From Prasinococcaceae sp. CCMP 1430 (Eukaryota; Plantae; Prasinodermophyta): a stretch of 64,000 bases of DNA. The number at the start of each line of letters is the position of its first letter. Positions within the stretch are counted from its first letter, which is position 1. Below are positions 54,364-64,000 of the stretch, in pieces. The stretch covers positions 679,218 to 743,217 of the forward strand of contig RQSC01000015.1 in NCBI GenBank assembly GCA_013416795.1, given 5' to 3'. Under the pieces are notes generated by a model. It saw nothing but the letters and a program-made list of their open reading frames with translations, was not told where the DNA came from and ran no database searches. The translations under genes were made by a program, and so were the position numbers.

Positions 54364-54902
54364 TGAAAGCGGCGTCAGGACGCGCCTGTTACAAACCCTA
54401 TTGCTCGAACGCACCCCAAATACCGCGGCGGGCTGCGCGCGCGCGTCCGGTCGGAGGAAGAATCCGCGGCCGCAACCAACCACACCGCGCGCGAAGGTGC
54501 GAAGCTGCGAGGGCATGCCCGGGATGGGATGTTTGCGCGCCCGCGTTTGGTCGGTTGGGGCGGCGCTTGAGTACGACTCGATCGATTTTCCGGGTTCTTT
54601 TCGGGCCTAGCGCGCGCGGAGCGGCGCCGCGGCGCGAGAGGGCGCGCGCAGAAATTGGGCCGAAAATTGGGCGAGCGGGGAAGGGCGGGGCGGGAACGGA
54701 GGAAGGGGGGGGGGAAAGAAAGAGGGCAGGTCGTCGTCGTTCGGAGCGCGCCGCGATGACTCGCGGCCCGCCCCGCCCGCGCTGCGAGTGGAGCCCGGGG
54801 CACAGCGCGCGCGCGGGCCGTGGGGGAGCCTGGGCCTCGCGCGCCACCACCTCCCTGGTTGAGGCCATCGGAGGACGCAGCGGCCCGGGCGGGGCGGCCG
54901 CT

Positions 54903-54958
54903 CCCTAAACCCTAAACCCTAAACCCTAAACCCTAAACCCTAAACCCTAAACCCTAAA
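54903..54958. repeat. Internal telomere-type array (CCCTAAA)8
   Basis: Eight perfect copies of the Arabidopsis-type telomere repeat. Confidence 0.97.
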
Positions 54959-54959
54959 A

Positions 54960-55011
54960 GGGATTTGGGATTTGGGATTTGGGATTTGGGATTTGGGATT
55001 TGGGATTTGGG
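54960..55011. repeat. Variant array (GGGATTT)7 followed by an AT-rich tract to about 55080
   Basis: Seven perfect GGGATTT units; then AAAATAAAAAATTAAAATTAAAAAATTAAAATTAAAA. Confidence 0.95.
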
Positions 55012-55664
55012 TAAACCTGAATTTCTACCCTGAAAAGTAAAATAAAAAATTAAAATTAAAAAATTAAAATTAAAATACTTCGGGTATGGCATATTTGGAG
55101 CAAAACAACGTAGAGTGCGCATGCAGGGGGATGTGCTGGAACGAATCCCGCCCGACGTTGCTCGCGCCAACCATTCATTCAAATCAAAGCATCCAACCGA
55201 CCAAAGCTTTGAACCGACCAACCGCCAGCCGGCGCGCGCGCAGCACTCGGTTAGTTAGGGTGGGCGCCGTAGCGCGCGGGAGCGCGCGCCGTGGCTGCGC
55301 GGCGCGCGCGTCCGCGCGGAGCAGCCGGCCGAAAGCTTCGCTCTGCCGCGATGCTTCGTGTGTGCTTTGATGTGGTCTTCCGGGAGCGCGCGCGCGCCGA
55401 AAAGAGTTGCGCATGGCACGCGCGCGCTCTCCCCCGCCCCTCGGCCGCGTGCTCAACCCCGCACCTCGGCCGCGCTCCGCACCGTCGCAGCGGAGCCCCC
55501 CCCTCCCCCTCCCCCTGCCGCCCGCTCTTGAGACGCGGTGGATGCACACGGCGTCTAGCGTGCACCTCCGTCCGAAGGCGGTTCCGACGATCGCAGCGGC
55601 CGCTGCGCCGGCGTCCCTTGAAAGAGACGCGCGCGAAGGCGACGAGGCGCTCGACGGGGAACTC

Positions 55665-56399
55665 ATGGCATCGTCAGCGGCCTACGGCGCGGGCGTAGTA
55701 AACAGGGGGAGCATGGGGGGTGGGCCGGGCAGCTGGGAGCAGCTGCGCAAGGACGCGCGCAAGCTCGAGGGCGAGCTCGACATGAAGCTCGCGTCGTACT
55801 CGAAGCTCGGGGCGCGCGGCGCTGGCGATGTGAGCGACGCGTCGGCGGACGCGGCAGCGGCGGAGATCGAGGGGCTGCTCAAACGGCTGGGGCTTGTGAA
55901 TGATCGCATGGTCGATGCGGCCACCCGGACGCCCGGCACGGCGGACGTGCTCACGCACACCCTCGCGCGGCACCGCGACATCCTGCAGGAGTTCAGCCAG
56001 GAATTCAGGCGCGTGAAGAGCACCGTGACGGCGGCCAACGAGCACGCGCGGCTGCTCGCGGGGGCGCATCGGCGTGACAACATCGGCCTGGGCGGGACGG
56101 GGCTGAGCCAGTCGCAGATTCACCAGCAGCTGCTGCGCGAGCGCTCCGGGCTGCAAAGCGCGACCAACGCCGCCGACGAGGTCATCAGCCAGGCGCAGAG
56201 CCAGGCGCTCGCGCTGGGCCAGCAGCGCTCGCTGCTGATCGACATCGACTCCAAGGTCGGCTCCGTGGGGCAGAAGTTCCCCGTCATGAACTCGATCATG
56301 ACAAGCATCCGCCGCAAGAAGTCGCGGGAGCAGCTCATTCTCTCGGCGGTGGTTGCGTCGTGCCTGCTGTTCATCATCATCTACTGGATGAATAAGTGA
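55665..56399 (+). CDS. GOS1: Golgi Qb-SNARE GOS1/GOSR1
   Basis: WEQLRKDARKLEGELDMKLASYSKL; TLARHRDILQEFSQEFRR; LLRER; KFPVMNSIMTSIRRKKSRE plus C-terminal TM. TGTAA at 56482. Confidence 0.93.
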   Translation: MASSAAYGAGVVNRGSMGGGPGSWEQLRKDARKLEGELDMKLASYSKLGARGAGDVSDASADAAAAEIEGLLKRLGLVNDRMVDAATRTPGTADVLTHTLARHRDILQEFSQEFRRVKSTVTAANEHARLLAGAHRRDNIGLGGTGLSQSQIHQQLLRERSGLQSATNAADEVISQAQSQALALGQQRSLLIDIDSKVGSVGQKFPVMNSIMTSIRRKKSREQLILSAVVASCLLFIIIYWMNK

Positions 56400-56800
56400 G
56401 CGGGCCAGCGTCGCGGGCGCTGGGGCGGACGCGGGGTGCGCGCTGGCGGTGGCGTGGCCGGGCGAGCGTGCCCGCGCCCATTGTAACGCGGACGCGCAGT
56501 CGTTGAGATTTGTGTACACCGTGTCGACTGACGTCGGCGGCGTCGCTTCGCGAGCGCGGCGTCAAACAAGGGCTGGGCCCGCGGCTCGCGCACCCTTCCC
56601 TGTTGCAGGAGGTTGGGGATCGGGGTCGTGTGTGTGTATGTGTGGGGGGGTGGGGGGGTACAGGGACGGGGTGGGGTCGCAGGACCCCGGTGGGCGCGCC
56701 GAACGGTTGAGATGCGCGGCCGGCGAGCAGTTCGGGGCCTCTCGGTACGGATGAGGATGGCGCGATGCCACACCTCGCATTACTTACAATCCAACTTAAC

Positions 56801-57807
56801 TTACAGCTGGGGCCACAGGCAAGGGGTGCTGATGGTCACGCCGCTGAAATCGACGGAGTCATCGAGCACGCACTGGCCGAGGTTGTTGAAGAGGGTCTGC
56901 GTGAACGGCGAGCCCACGTGCAAGTTGAGCGCCTCCACCGGGCCCAGGCCGGTGGCCTGGTAGCAAATGACCTCTGTTCGGAAAGGGCGCGAGAAACGCG
57001 GAGAGCGGGCGGCCAGGTCAGCAGGGGGCACAACAAGCAGCTGCATGGGGCGCCGCCCTCGGCGCCACCAGCACAAATCCACGAAAGCAGCGATTCGTCC
57101 ACGCGCACAATCGCGCGCACGCAACGCATCGACGGTCTCCCTCCACCAGCTCTTTCACTCGTGGGCGGCGCAGCGGCGGCGCGGCGCGATGGCGCAGCGG
57201 CGGGGCGACGGCGCCGCAACGCACCACCCATGAACGCCACCATAGCCAGCCTGCCCCAGTACAGCTCCCTCGTCTTCGCCGCGTCAAGGTCGCCCTGCAG
57301 GAGCGCGAGAGCAGCGATCGGGCGGCATTGGCGGCGCCGCGTCAGCGCGCGCTCGCGGCGCACAGGATCGCACTCGCATGGCGTCGTAGCGTTCGCTCGC
57401 GCGGAAGCGCGGTCGCGAGACGCTCGCGCCCTCAGCGCACCTTGCTGAAGCCAAGGGGGTCGAAGGGGCCGCCGGGGTAGCCCGGGTCGACCGTGGTCAG
57501 CTTCTGCTCCGAAAAGATGGGGTCCTGGTTGGCCGAGCCCGGCGTGCGGATGTCCATCCAGCGGCGGATCTCCACCCAGTGCATCATGAGGAACTGGAAC
57601 GCGAGGAGCGCGGCGGGGTTCATGGGGAGATCGACCTCGAGCGGCGCCGTGTAGAAGTTGATGCCGGTGAACACCTCGCCGGCGACCGAGCCCGCGACGC
57701 CGACCATCGCCCAGCGCGCGTGCTGCAGCTCCGCCTGGCGGTACCACGTCATCGCGTTCGGGTCGGCGCCCAGGCCCAGCGGGTCGAGGCCGAAGTCGCC
57801 GGGCATG
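56801..57807 (-). CDS. Light-harvesting complex I protein (Lhca, Chlamydomonas Lhca5/6-like C-terminus); visible exons 57807-57441, 57294-57225, 56973-56801; 5' exon(s) upstream or in gap
   Basis: MPGDFGLDPLGL, YRQAELQHARWAM, WVEIRRWMDI, GYPGGPFDPLGF, GRLAMVAFMG, ATGLGP, C-terminal C..DDSVDFSGVTISTPCLWP. Confidence 0.88.
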
Positions 57808-58185
57808 CTGCAAAGGCGGTGCATATGGGTCGCGGCGGCGTCAGCGCGGGGCAAGACGGCGGTGGCACTGGCATCAGCAGCCCGCGCTTCCGGCGACGCG
57901 CCGGCGGAGCGCGTGCGCGGGCCGCCGCGCGACACCGGCGAAATCTCCTTCCCGACCCCTAATTGGGGGGCGCTGCGACGCCGGCGCGCGCGACGCGCGC
58001 GCCCTCGCTCGCCCGTCGCCGCGGCCGTGAGTCCCCACGCGGCCCGCGGGCGACAGCGAAGTGGGAGCGGGTGCCACCGCACCAGTCCCGCGCGCCCTCC
58101 CCTCCGGACACTGGCAGCACGCCCTCGGCGGCCTCCTGCGCTCGGTGCCGGCGTTCCGCGTCCACCGGGGCGCGCGCCGCGCAGC

Positions 58186-58394
58186 NNNNNNNNNNNNNNN
58201 NNNNNNNNNNNNNNNNNNNNNNNNNNNNNNNNNNNNNNNNNNNNNNNNNNNNNNNNNNNNNNNNNNNNNNNNNNNNNNNNNNNNNNNNNNNNNNNNNNNN
58301 NNNNNNNNNNNNNNNNNNNNNNNNNNNNNNNNNNNNNNNNNNNNNNNNNNNNNNNNNNNNNNNNNNNNNNNNNNNNNNNNNNNNNNNNNNNNNN
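58186..58394. other. Assembly gap (209 N)
   Basis: Run of N. Confidence 1.
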
Positions 58395-59516
58395 GCGCCG
58401 CACCCCGTCGCCCGCGGGTTCCGAGCGCCCCTCACGTGTGAGGACGTCCAGGGCGCGGAACCCCTCGTCGCGAGGGGCGGCGGTGCGGCGGGGCCCGCGC
58501 GAATGCGCCCCCGCCCTCGCCCCCCTCCCCCGGCCTCCCCGCGCAATCCTCGGGGCGCCGCCCGGGCGCGCGCGCGGATAAGCTTGCGTTTTCGCGTTTC
58601 TCCCCGCGCGGTTCGGTGCGGGGAACACGACTTTTGCGGCGTTCGGCGGGTTCGTTTTGACAGGACATCGACCTTGCAACTCGGTTCCTCTAAATTTGGT
58701 GTGTGGTGACTCCGCAAAATATATTTGAGGAAACAGAAACTGCGCTGCGCGGACGGCCGGTCCGCGCGAGGCGTGCGTTGCGCGACGCGCGCGGAATCGT
58801 ATCATATCGCATGCCGATCGGAGCGGCGTCGCGTCGGCGCCGCGCGAAAGCGCCATCGCAACGCGCTCGAGCGATTTGGGGTTGGGTCGGCGGTGCGGAA
58901 CAGAGGCTCGCTTCTCTGCGCTGGCACTGGCCTGCCGCCCTCGCCGGCCGCGGTCCGGACCCCACGACCTGTTCAACCCTAAACACAAAACCTAAACCCT
59001 GGGCGGCGGGCGCTCGGCTCGAGCGCACGCGGCGCGTGCCGTGCTCGGGTGCGCGCGCGCAGAAGGAGAGCCCGCGCGCGCGCGTGGTGATGCGTCGCTG
59101 GGTGTGTGCGTGCGCGGCGCGCGCGCGTGCGCGCGACGCGTGCACTCATGCCAAGCAGAGGTGAGCGTGTATCGGAGACATGGCACATGGTCTTCATGGG
59201 CGTAGGCGTGCCCGCGTGCAAGCGTTCGTGTCCACACTTCTGCTCCCTGCCCGTGTGCACCGGCTGGCTGGCTGTAGTGCGCGACCGAATGCGCTCATCG
59301 CCGACCGAGAGAGAGAGCTGCCGCGAACCTAGGCAGGCTGGCAGTGCTCCACCCCAGTCCATGCTCAACACCAGTCCGAGCCACAGTCCGAGGCGCAGGC
59401 GGGGGGGCGCGCTCCTCGCCGCGCGCACGAGGGGAGCGCGCGAGGAGAAGAGGTGCGCCGGCCAGCGTGGCCGCGGCCGGGCCAGCGCAGCGCGCTCGCC
59501 GGCTGCGCGCGGATCT

Positions 59517-60054
59517 NNNNNNNNNNNNNNNNNNNNNNNNNNNNNNNNNNNNNNNNNNNNNNNNNNNNNNNNNNNNNNNNNNNNNNNNNNNNNNNNNNNN
59601 NNNNNNNNNNNNNNNNNNNNNNNNNNNNNNNNNNNNNNNNNNNNNNNNNNNNNNNNNNNNNNNNNNNNNNNNNNNNNNNNNNNNNNNNNNNNNNNNNNNN
59701 NNNNNNNNNNNNNNNNNNNNNNNNNNNNNNNNNNNNNNNNNNNNNNNNNNNNNNNNNNNNNNNNNNNNNNNNNNNNNNNNNNNNNNNNNNNNNNNNNNNN
59801 NNNNNNNNNNNNNNNNNNNNNNNNNNNNNNNNNNNNNNNNNNNNNNNNNNNNNNNNNNNNNNNNNNNNNNNNNNNNNNNNNNNNNNNNNNNNNNNNNNNN
59901 NNNNNNNNNNNNNNNNNNNNNNNNNNNNNNNNNNNNNNNNNNNNNNNNNNNNNNNNNNNNNNNNNNNNNNNNNNNNNNNNNNNNNNNNNNNNNNNNNNNN
60001 NNNNNNNNNNNNNNNNNNNNNNNNNNNNNNNNNNNNNNNNNNNNNNNNNNNNNN
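59517..60054. other. Assembly gap (538 N)
   Basis: Run of N. Confidence 1.
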
Positions 60055-62275
60055 GCGGCGCGCGGCGGCGCGCGCGGCGGCGGCGGATGGCGCCGGTGGC
60101 AAGAAGGTGGCCGCGGTGGCGGTGGAGGCGTCCGTCGACGCGGAGGATCCCTCGTACGACCAGAAGGCCGCCATGGAGATGGAGACAGGCCAGCTGCGCT
60201 CGGCGTTCCCGCTGGCCGCCGTCGTGGGTCAGAGCGCGATCAAGAGCGCGCTGCTGCTCGGCGCGGTCGACCCGAACATCGGCGGCATCTGCATCAGCGG
60301 CCGCCGCGGCACGGCCAAGTCCATCATGGCGCGCGGCATCCACGCGCTGCTGCCGCCCATCGAGTACGTGGTGGGCTCCATGGCCAACGCCGACCCCAAG
60401 GACCGCAAGGACTGGGACCCCGCGCTGGTCGAGCGCGTCGAGGCGGGCGAGTTCCCCATCGGCGAGAACGGCCTGCCTGAGTTCGAGACCGCCGTCAAGG
60501 CCACGCCCTTCGTGCAGGTGCCGCTCGGCGTCACCGAAGACCGCCTGCTGGGCTCGGTCGACGTGGAGGAGTCCATGAAGACCGGCAAGGCCGTCTTCCA
60601 GCCGGGCCTCCTCGCCGAGGCGCACCGCGGCGTGCTGTACATCGACGAGATCAACCTGCTGGACGAGGGCATCGCCAACCTGCTGCTGAACGTGCTCACG
60701 GAGGGCGTGAACATCGTGGAGCGCGAGGGCGTGAGCGTGCGCCACCCGTGCCGGCCGCTGCTGATCTGCACCTTCAACCCCGAGGAGGGCAAGCTGCGCG
60801 AGCACCTGCTCGACCGCATCGCGGTGGTCCTGTCGGCCGACCAGCCCATGTCCATGGCGGACCGCGTGGCGGCGTCCATCGCCGCCGAGAAGTACGCCAA
60901 CTCGCCCGCCGGGCTCGCCGCCGAGGTGGATGAGGACACCGACGGCGCGCGCACGCAGATCATCCTCTCGCGCGAGTACCTGAAGGACGTGACCATCACC
61001 GACGCGCAGATCGGCTACCTGGTGAAGGAGTGCATGCGCGGCGTGGTGCAGGGCCACCGTGCGGAGGTGTACGCCACGCGCGTGGCCAAGGCGTGGGCGG
61101 CGCTCGACGCGCGCGACAAGGTCAAGGCGGAGGACCTCGCCAAGGCCGTGGAGCTCGTCATCGTGCCGCGCGCCCTGCCGCAGCCCGACATGCCCCCTCC
61201 GGAGGAGGAGCAGCCGCCGCCGCCGCCGCCGCCCGAAGACGAGATGCAGGACATGGACGAGGAGCAGAACGAGGACGAGGAGAACGAGCAGGAGGAGAGC
61301 GAGCAGGAGCAGGAGGACGAGCCCGACATGCTCCCCGAGGAGTTCGTCTTCGACGCCGACGAGACCGCCATGGACGAGGGTCTCATGCAGCAGGCCGCGA
61401 GCGCCAACCGCACCGGCGGGCGCTCGGGCCGCTCCAAGCAGCTCATCTTCTCGGACGACCGCGGGCGCTACATCAAGCCTATCCTGCCCAAGGGCCCGGT
61501 GCGGCGGCTTGCGGTGGACGCGACGCTGCGCGCGGCGGCGCCCTACCAGAAGGTGCGCCGCGAGCGCGCCAAGAACACGCCCGGGGCGAAGGAGAAGCCC
61601 GTCTACGTGGAGCAGGCCGACATGCGCGGGAAGAAGCTGGCGCGCAAGGCCGGCGCGCTGGTGGTCTTCGTGGTGGACGCGAGCGGCTCGATGGCGCTCA
61701 ACCGCATGAGCGCGGCGAAGGGCGCGGCGCTCAAGCTGCTCGAGTCGAGCTACCAAAGCCGTGACCAGGTGTGCATCATCCCGTTCTGCGGCGACGCGGC
61801 CGAGGTGCTCATGCCGCCCTCGCGCTCCATCACCATGGCGCGCAACCGCCTGGAGAAGCTGCCGTGCGGCGGCGGCTCGCCGCTCGCGCACGGTCTGTCG
61901 CTCGCGACGCGCGTGGGCATCAACGCGATGTCCAGTGGCGACTGCGGGCGCGTGATGGTGGTGGCCGTCACCGACGGGCGCGCGAACATCTCGCTCAAGA
62001 AGTCCAACGGCGACCCCGAGGCCAACATGCCCGACGCGCCCAAGCCGACGCAGGACGAGATCAAGGAGGAGATCCTCGACGTCGCCGGCAAGATCAACGC
62101 GACGGGCCTGCAGATGCTGGTGATCGACACGGAGAACAAGTTCGTTAGCACGGGCTTCGCCGAGGAGATCGCGCGCGTGAGCGGTGGCAAGTACTACTAC
62201 TTGCCTAACGCGGGCGAGGCGGCGCTGGGCGCGGCGACGCAGAATGCGCTGGACGCCATGCGCAACGAGAAGTGA
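60055..62275 (+). CDS. CHLD: Magnesium chelatase subunit D (5' end in gap)
   Basis: [55 protein letters not shown], Pro/acidic linker, [16 protein letters not shown], v[16 protein letters not shown] and TDGRAN. Confidence 0.97.
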
Positions 62276-62479
62276 GCGCGCGCCGTTTTTGTTATGAAGG
62301 AATTGGGGCCTCTTTGCACACCGCTGTAGTACTGCTCGCTACCCACAGCTCCTCCCTAGCTTGATAGCGCCTCGGAAGGGGTCGCTACCGGCTGTTGGCG
62401 CGGCTAGGGGGCAGGGAACAAAGTCAGGTACAAATACGATCGTCGCTGCGTACGCCAAGTGTGCGGCGCACCCGCCCGT

Positions 62480-63373
62480 TCATGCAAGCCCGTGGGCCGC
62501 AGCGAGCTTGTTCTGCACGTAGGTCCACGGCCAGAGATTCTTCTGGAGAAAGCCGAGCAAGCGAAACTTCGTGCAGCTGCCGGCAGCGCCGATGAACGCC
62601 AGTGGCTTGGGTTTGCTCATCGCGTCGACGAGGTCCTTCGCGACGCGCTGCGGCGGCTGTGCGATGTTGCCCTGCTGGCTGGCGAATGTGCGCGCCTCGA
62701 GCGCCTCAGCGACGTCCGAATAGAGCGCCGAACCCTCCACGCCCTGCATAGCCGCACGGCCTGTTTCGGAGAAGCCGCTCTTGAAGCTGCCCAGAACAGC
62801 CACGCTGACACTGACCGAGTAGCGCTCGACCTCCATGCGCAGTGCCTCGGCGATTTCATGGACTGCAGCCTTGGAAGCGCTGTACGCACCAGCGAATGGC
62901 GTGGTGAGCGTCGCGGAGACCGAACCGATGATCAGGACCTTTCCGCGCCGGCGCTCGCACATGCTGGGCATTGCGGCCTGTATCGTGTGCAGTACGCCGA
63001 ACACGTTCACCTCGAACACCGCCCTGACCTCGTCGACAGGCTGCTCCAGCATCGGTCCGAAGCGCGTCCCCCCGGCGTTGCAAACGAGCAGGTCGATCGG
63101 GCCCAACTCCCCCACCACGCGCTCCACGCACGCTGCACACGAGGTCGGGCTCGTCACGTCGCACTGGAATGCCGCGGCGGCCCCCTCATCCCCGCCGGCC
63201 GCCTCCCTCGCGCGCGCGACCGTCTCGGTGAGCCGCGGGTCGGAGCTGCCCGCACGCGCCGTCGCCGCGACCGCGTACCCCCGGCTGGCGAGCTCCACGC
63301 ACAGCGCCGCGCCCAGGCCCGAGGCGCTACCGGTCACGAGGGCCACCTGGCGCGGCCTCGCCACCGGCGCCAT
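62480..63373 (-). CDS. Classical short-chain dehydrogenase/reductase (AYR1/17-beta-HSD-like)
   Basis: VALVTGSASGLG, LLVCNAG, VNVFG, IGSVS, YSASK. Confidence 0.9.
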   Translation of the reverse strand: MAPVARPRQVALVTGSASGLGAALCVELASRGYAVAATARAGSSDPRLTETVARAREAAGGDEGAAAAFQCDVTSPTSCAACVERVVGELGPIDLLVCNAGGTRFGPMLEQPVDEVRAVFEVNVFGVLHTIQAAMPSMCERRRGKVLIIGSVSATLTTPFAGAYSASKAAVHEIAEALRMEVERYSVSVSVAVLGSFKSGFSETGRAAMQGVEGSALYSDVAEALEARTFASQQGNIAQPPQRVAKDLVDAMSKPKPLAFIGAAGSCTKFRLLGFLQKNLWPWTYVQNKLAAAHGLA

Positions 63374-63571
63374 GCTTCCCCTCTCCTCTTCCTCCCTTCC
63401 TCCCCACCGACGCCTCGGGGCTGGCCCGCCGCCCTGCTCCGGCCCGGCGCTCTGCGCCCGCGCGCGCTGTGGCCCGCCCGGCGAGCGCGCGCTGCTGCCG
63501 CTTGGCGCGCGCCTCTGCACCAGGGCGCGTTCGAAGAAAGGGAGGGAAACCGAATGGGATCATGGGGGGAT

Positions 63572-63979
63572 ATGGGATTGTTTGTTGTAGACCCTACAGT
63601 AAATGCGCGGGTGCGCTCGCTCGCTCGGTTAGGGTTTCGGGCTGCTGCTGCGGCGCGCGCGGATCGCGCGGGCGTGTGCCGCCCGCCGCAGGCGCGCGTC
63701 CGTCCGCAGGGGAGCGCTCCGCGGCGCGCGCGCGCGGCGGCGTGCGCAGGGGTGGCGCGCGAGGCCGGGGTGGGCGATGTGGTGACGCTCAACTACCGCG
63801 TGCGCGCGCAGGACGGCGAGGAGGTGGAGTACCAGGAGGGCCTCACGTTCGAGGTCGGCGCGCCGCTCGAGAATCCGCTCTTCAAGTCGTTCGATGCGGC
63901 GCTTCGCGGGTGCACGGCGGGCGACGTGGTCACCGTGGAGGCCAAAGGGGCCGAGTGGGACAGGGATCTCGTCTTCAAG
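63572..63979 (+). CDS. SlyD/FKBP-type peptidyl-prolyl isomerase, first exon (partial; continues beyond window)
   Basis: Frame not in the ORF track: GDVVTLNYRVRAQDGEEVEYQEGLTFEVGA...FDAALRGCTAGDVVTVEA...WDRDLVFK, then donor GTACG at 63980. In-frame ATG at 63572 is tentative. Confidence 0.65.
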
Positions 63980-64000
63980 GTACGCGCCGCCGCGGGCGCG

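Noticed and set aside
54903-55011. CRISPR array or coding KSQIPNP repeat
   Set aside because: 7-nt units without spacers in a eukaryotic context; telomere-type DNA.
675-57440. Introner-like repeated introns
   Set aside because: The identified introns share only splice and branch consensus, with no extended mutual similarity visible by eye.
1-64000. Hundreds of overlapping Arg/Ala/Pro-rich ORFs in the six-frame track (e.g. 21376-22395 +, 23294-25303 -, 15369-17441 +, 58979-61891 -)
   Set aside because: These are antisense or off-frame shadows of real genes. High GC and strong codon bias suppress stops, and no family motifs are present.
1-64000. tRNA, rRNA, transposase, retroelement or giant-virus genes
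   Set aside because: No supporting motifs or structures seen. RNR2 looks like an ordinary eukaryotic nuclear copy with host-like codon usage.

Overview
GC-rich, gene-dense eukaryotic nuclear DNA from a green alga (prasinophyte-grade by inference): short GT-AG introns with GTGCG/GTACG donors and GCTGAC-like branch sites, TGTAA poly(A)-type signals, CCCTAAA telomere repeats, and nuclear photosynthesis genes (an Lhca and CHLD). About 30 genes can be supported. Most are housekeeping: ECM29, SPT6, uS7-like, RNR small subunit, NOG1, USP53/54-like DUB, TPGS2, COA3, PRMT10, SEC14, PP7, NDUFS5, GOS1, SDR and an FKBP. Exon boundaries were read by eye, and all family calls rest on motif recognition with no database search. 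The features most worth a second look are: (1) a secreted bacterial lysyl-endopeptidase-like protease fused to LNR-like and LamG-like modules; (2) an internal (CCCTAAA)8 array abutting its non-reversed complement (GGGATTT)7, plus telomere-like motifs recurring at most head-to-head gene junctions; (3) an LHCI protein that appears to have lost two chlorophyll ligands and sits head-to-head with CHLD; (4) SPT6 overlapping the next same-strand ORF with no intergenic space; (5) a Sphingomonadaceae-like pheS-pheT fragment spliced in frame onto an algal beta-propeller gene at a single-N join, most likely an assembly chimera. Two N gaps (58186-58394, 59517-60054) hide the 5' parts of Lhca and CHLD.
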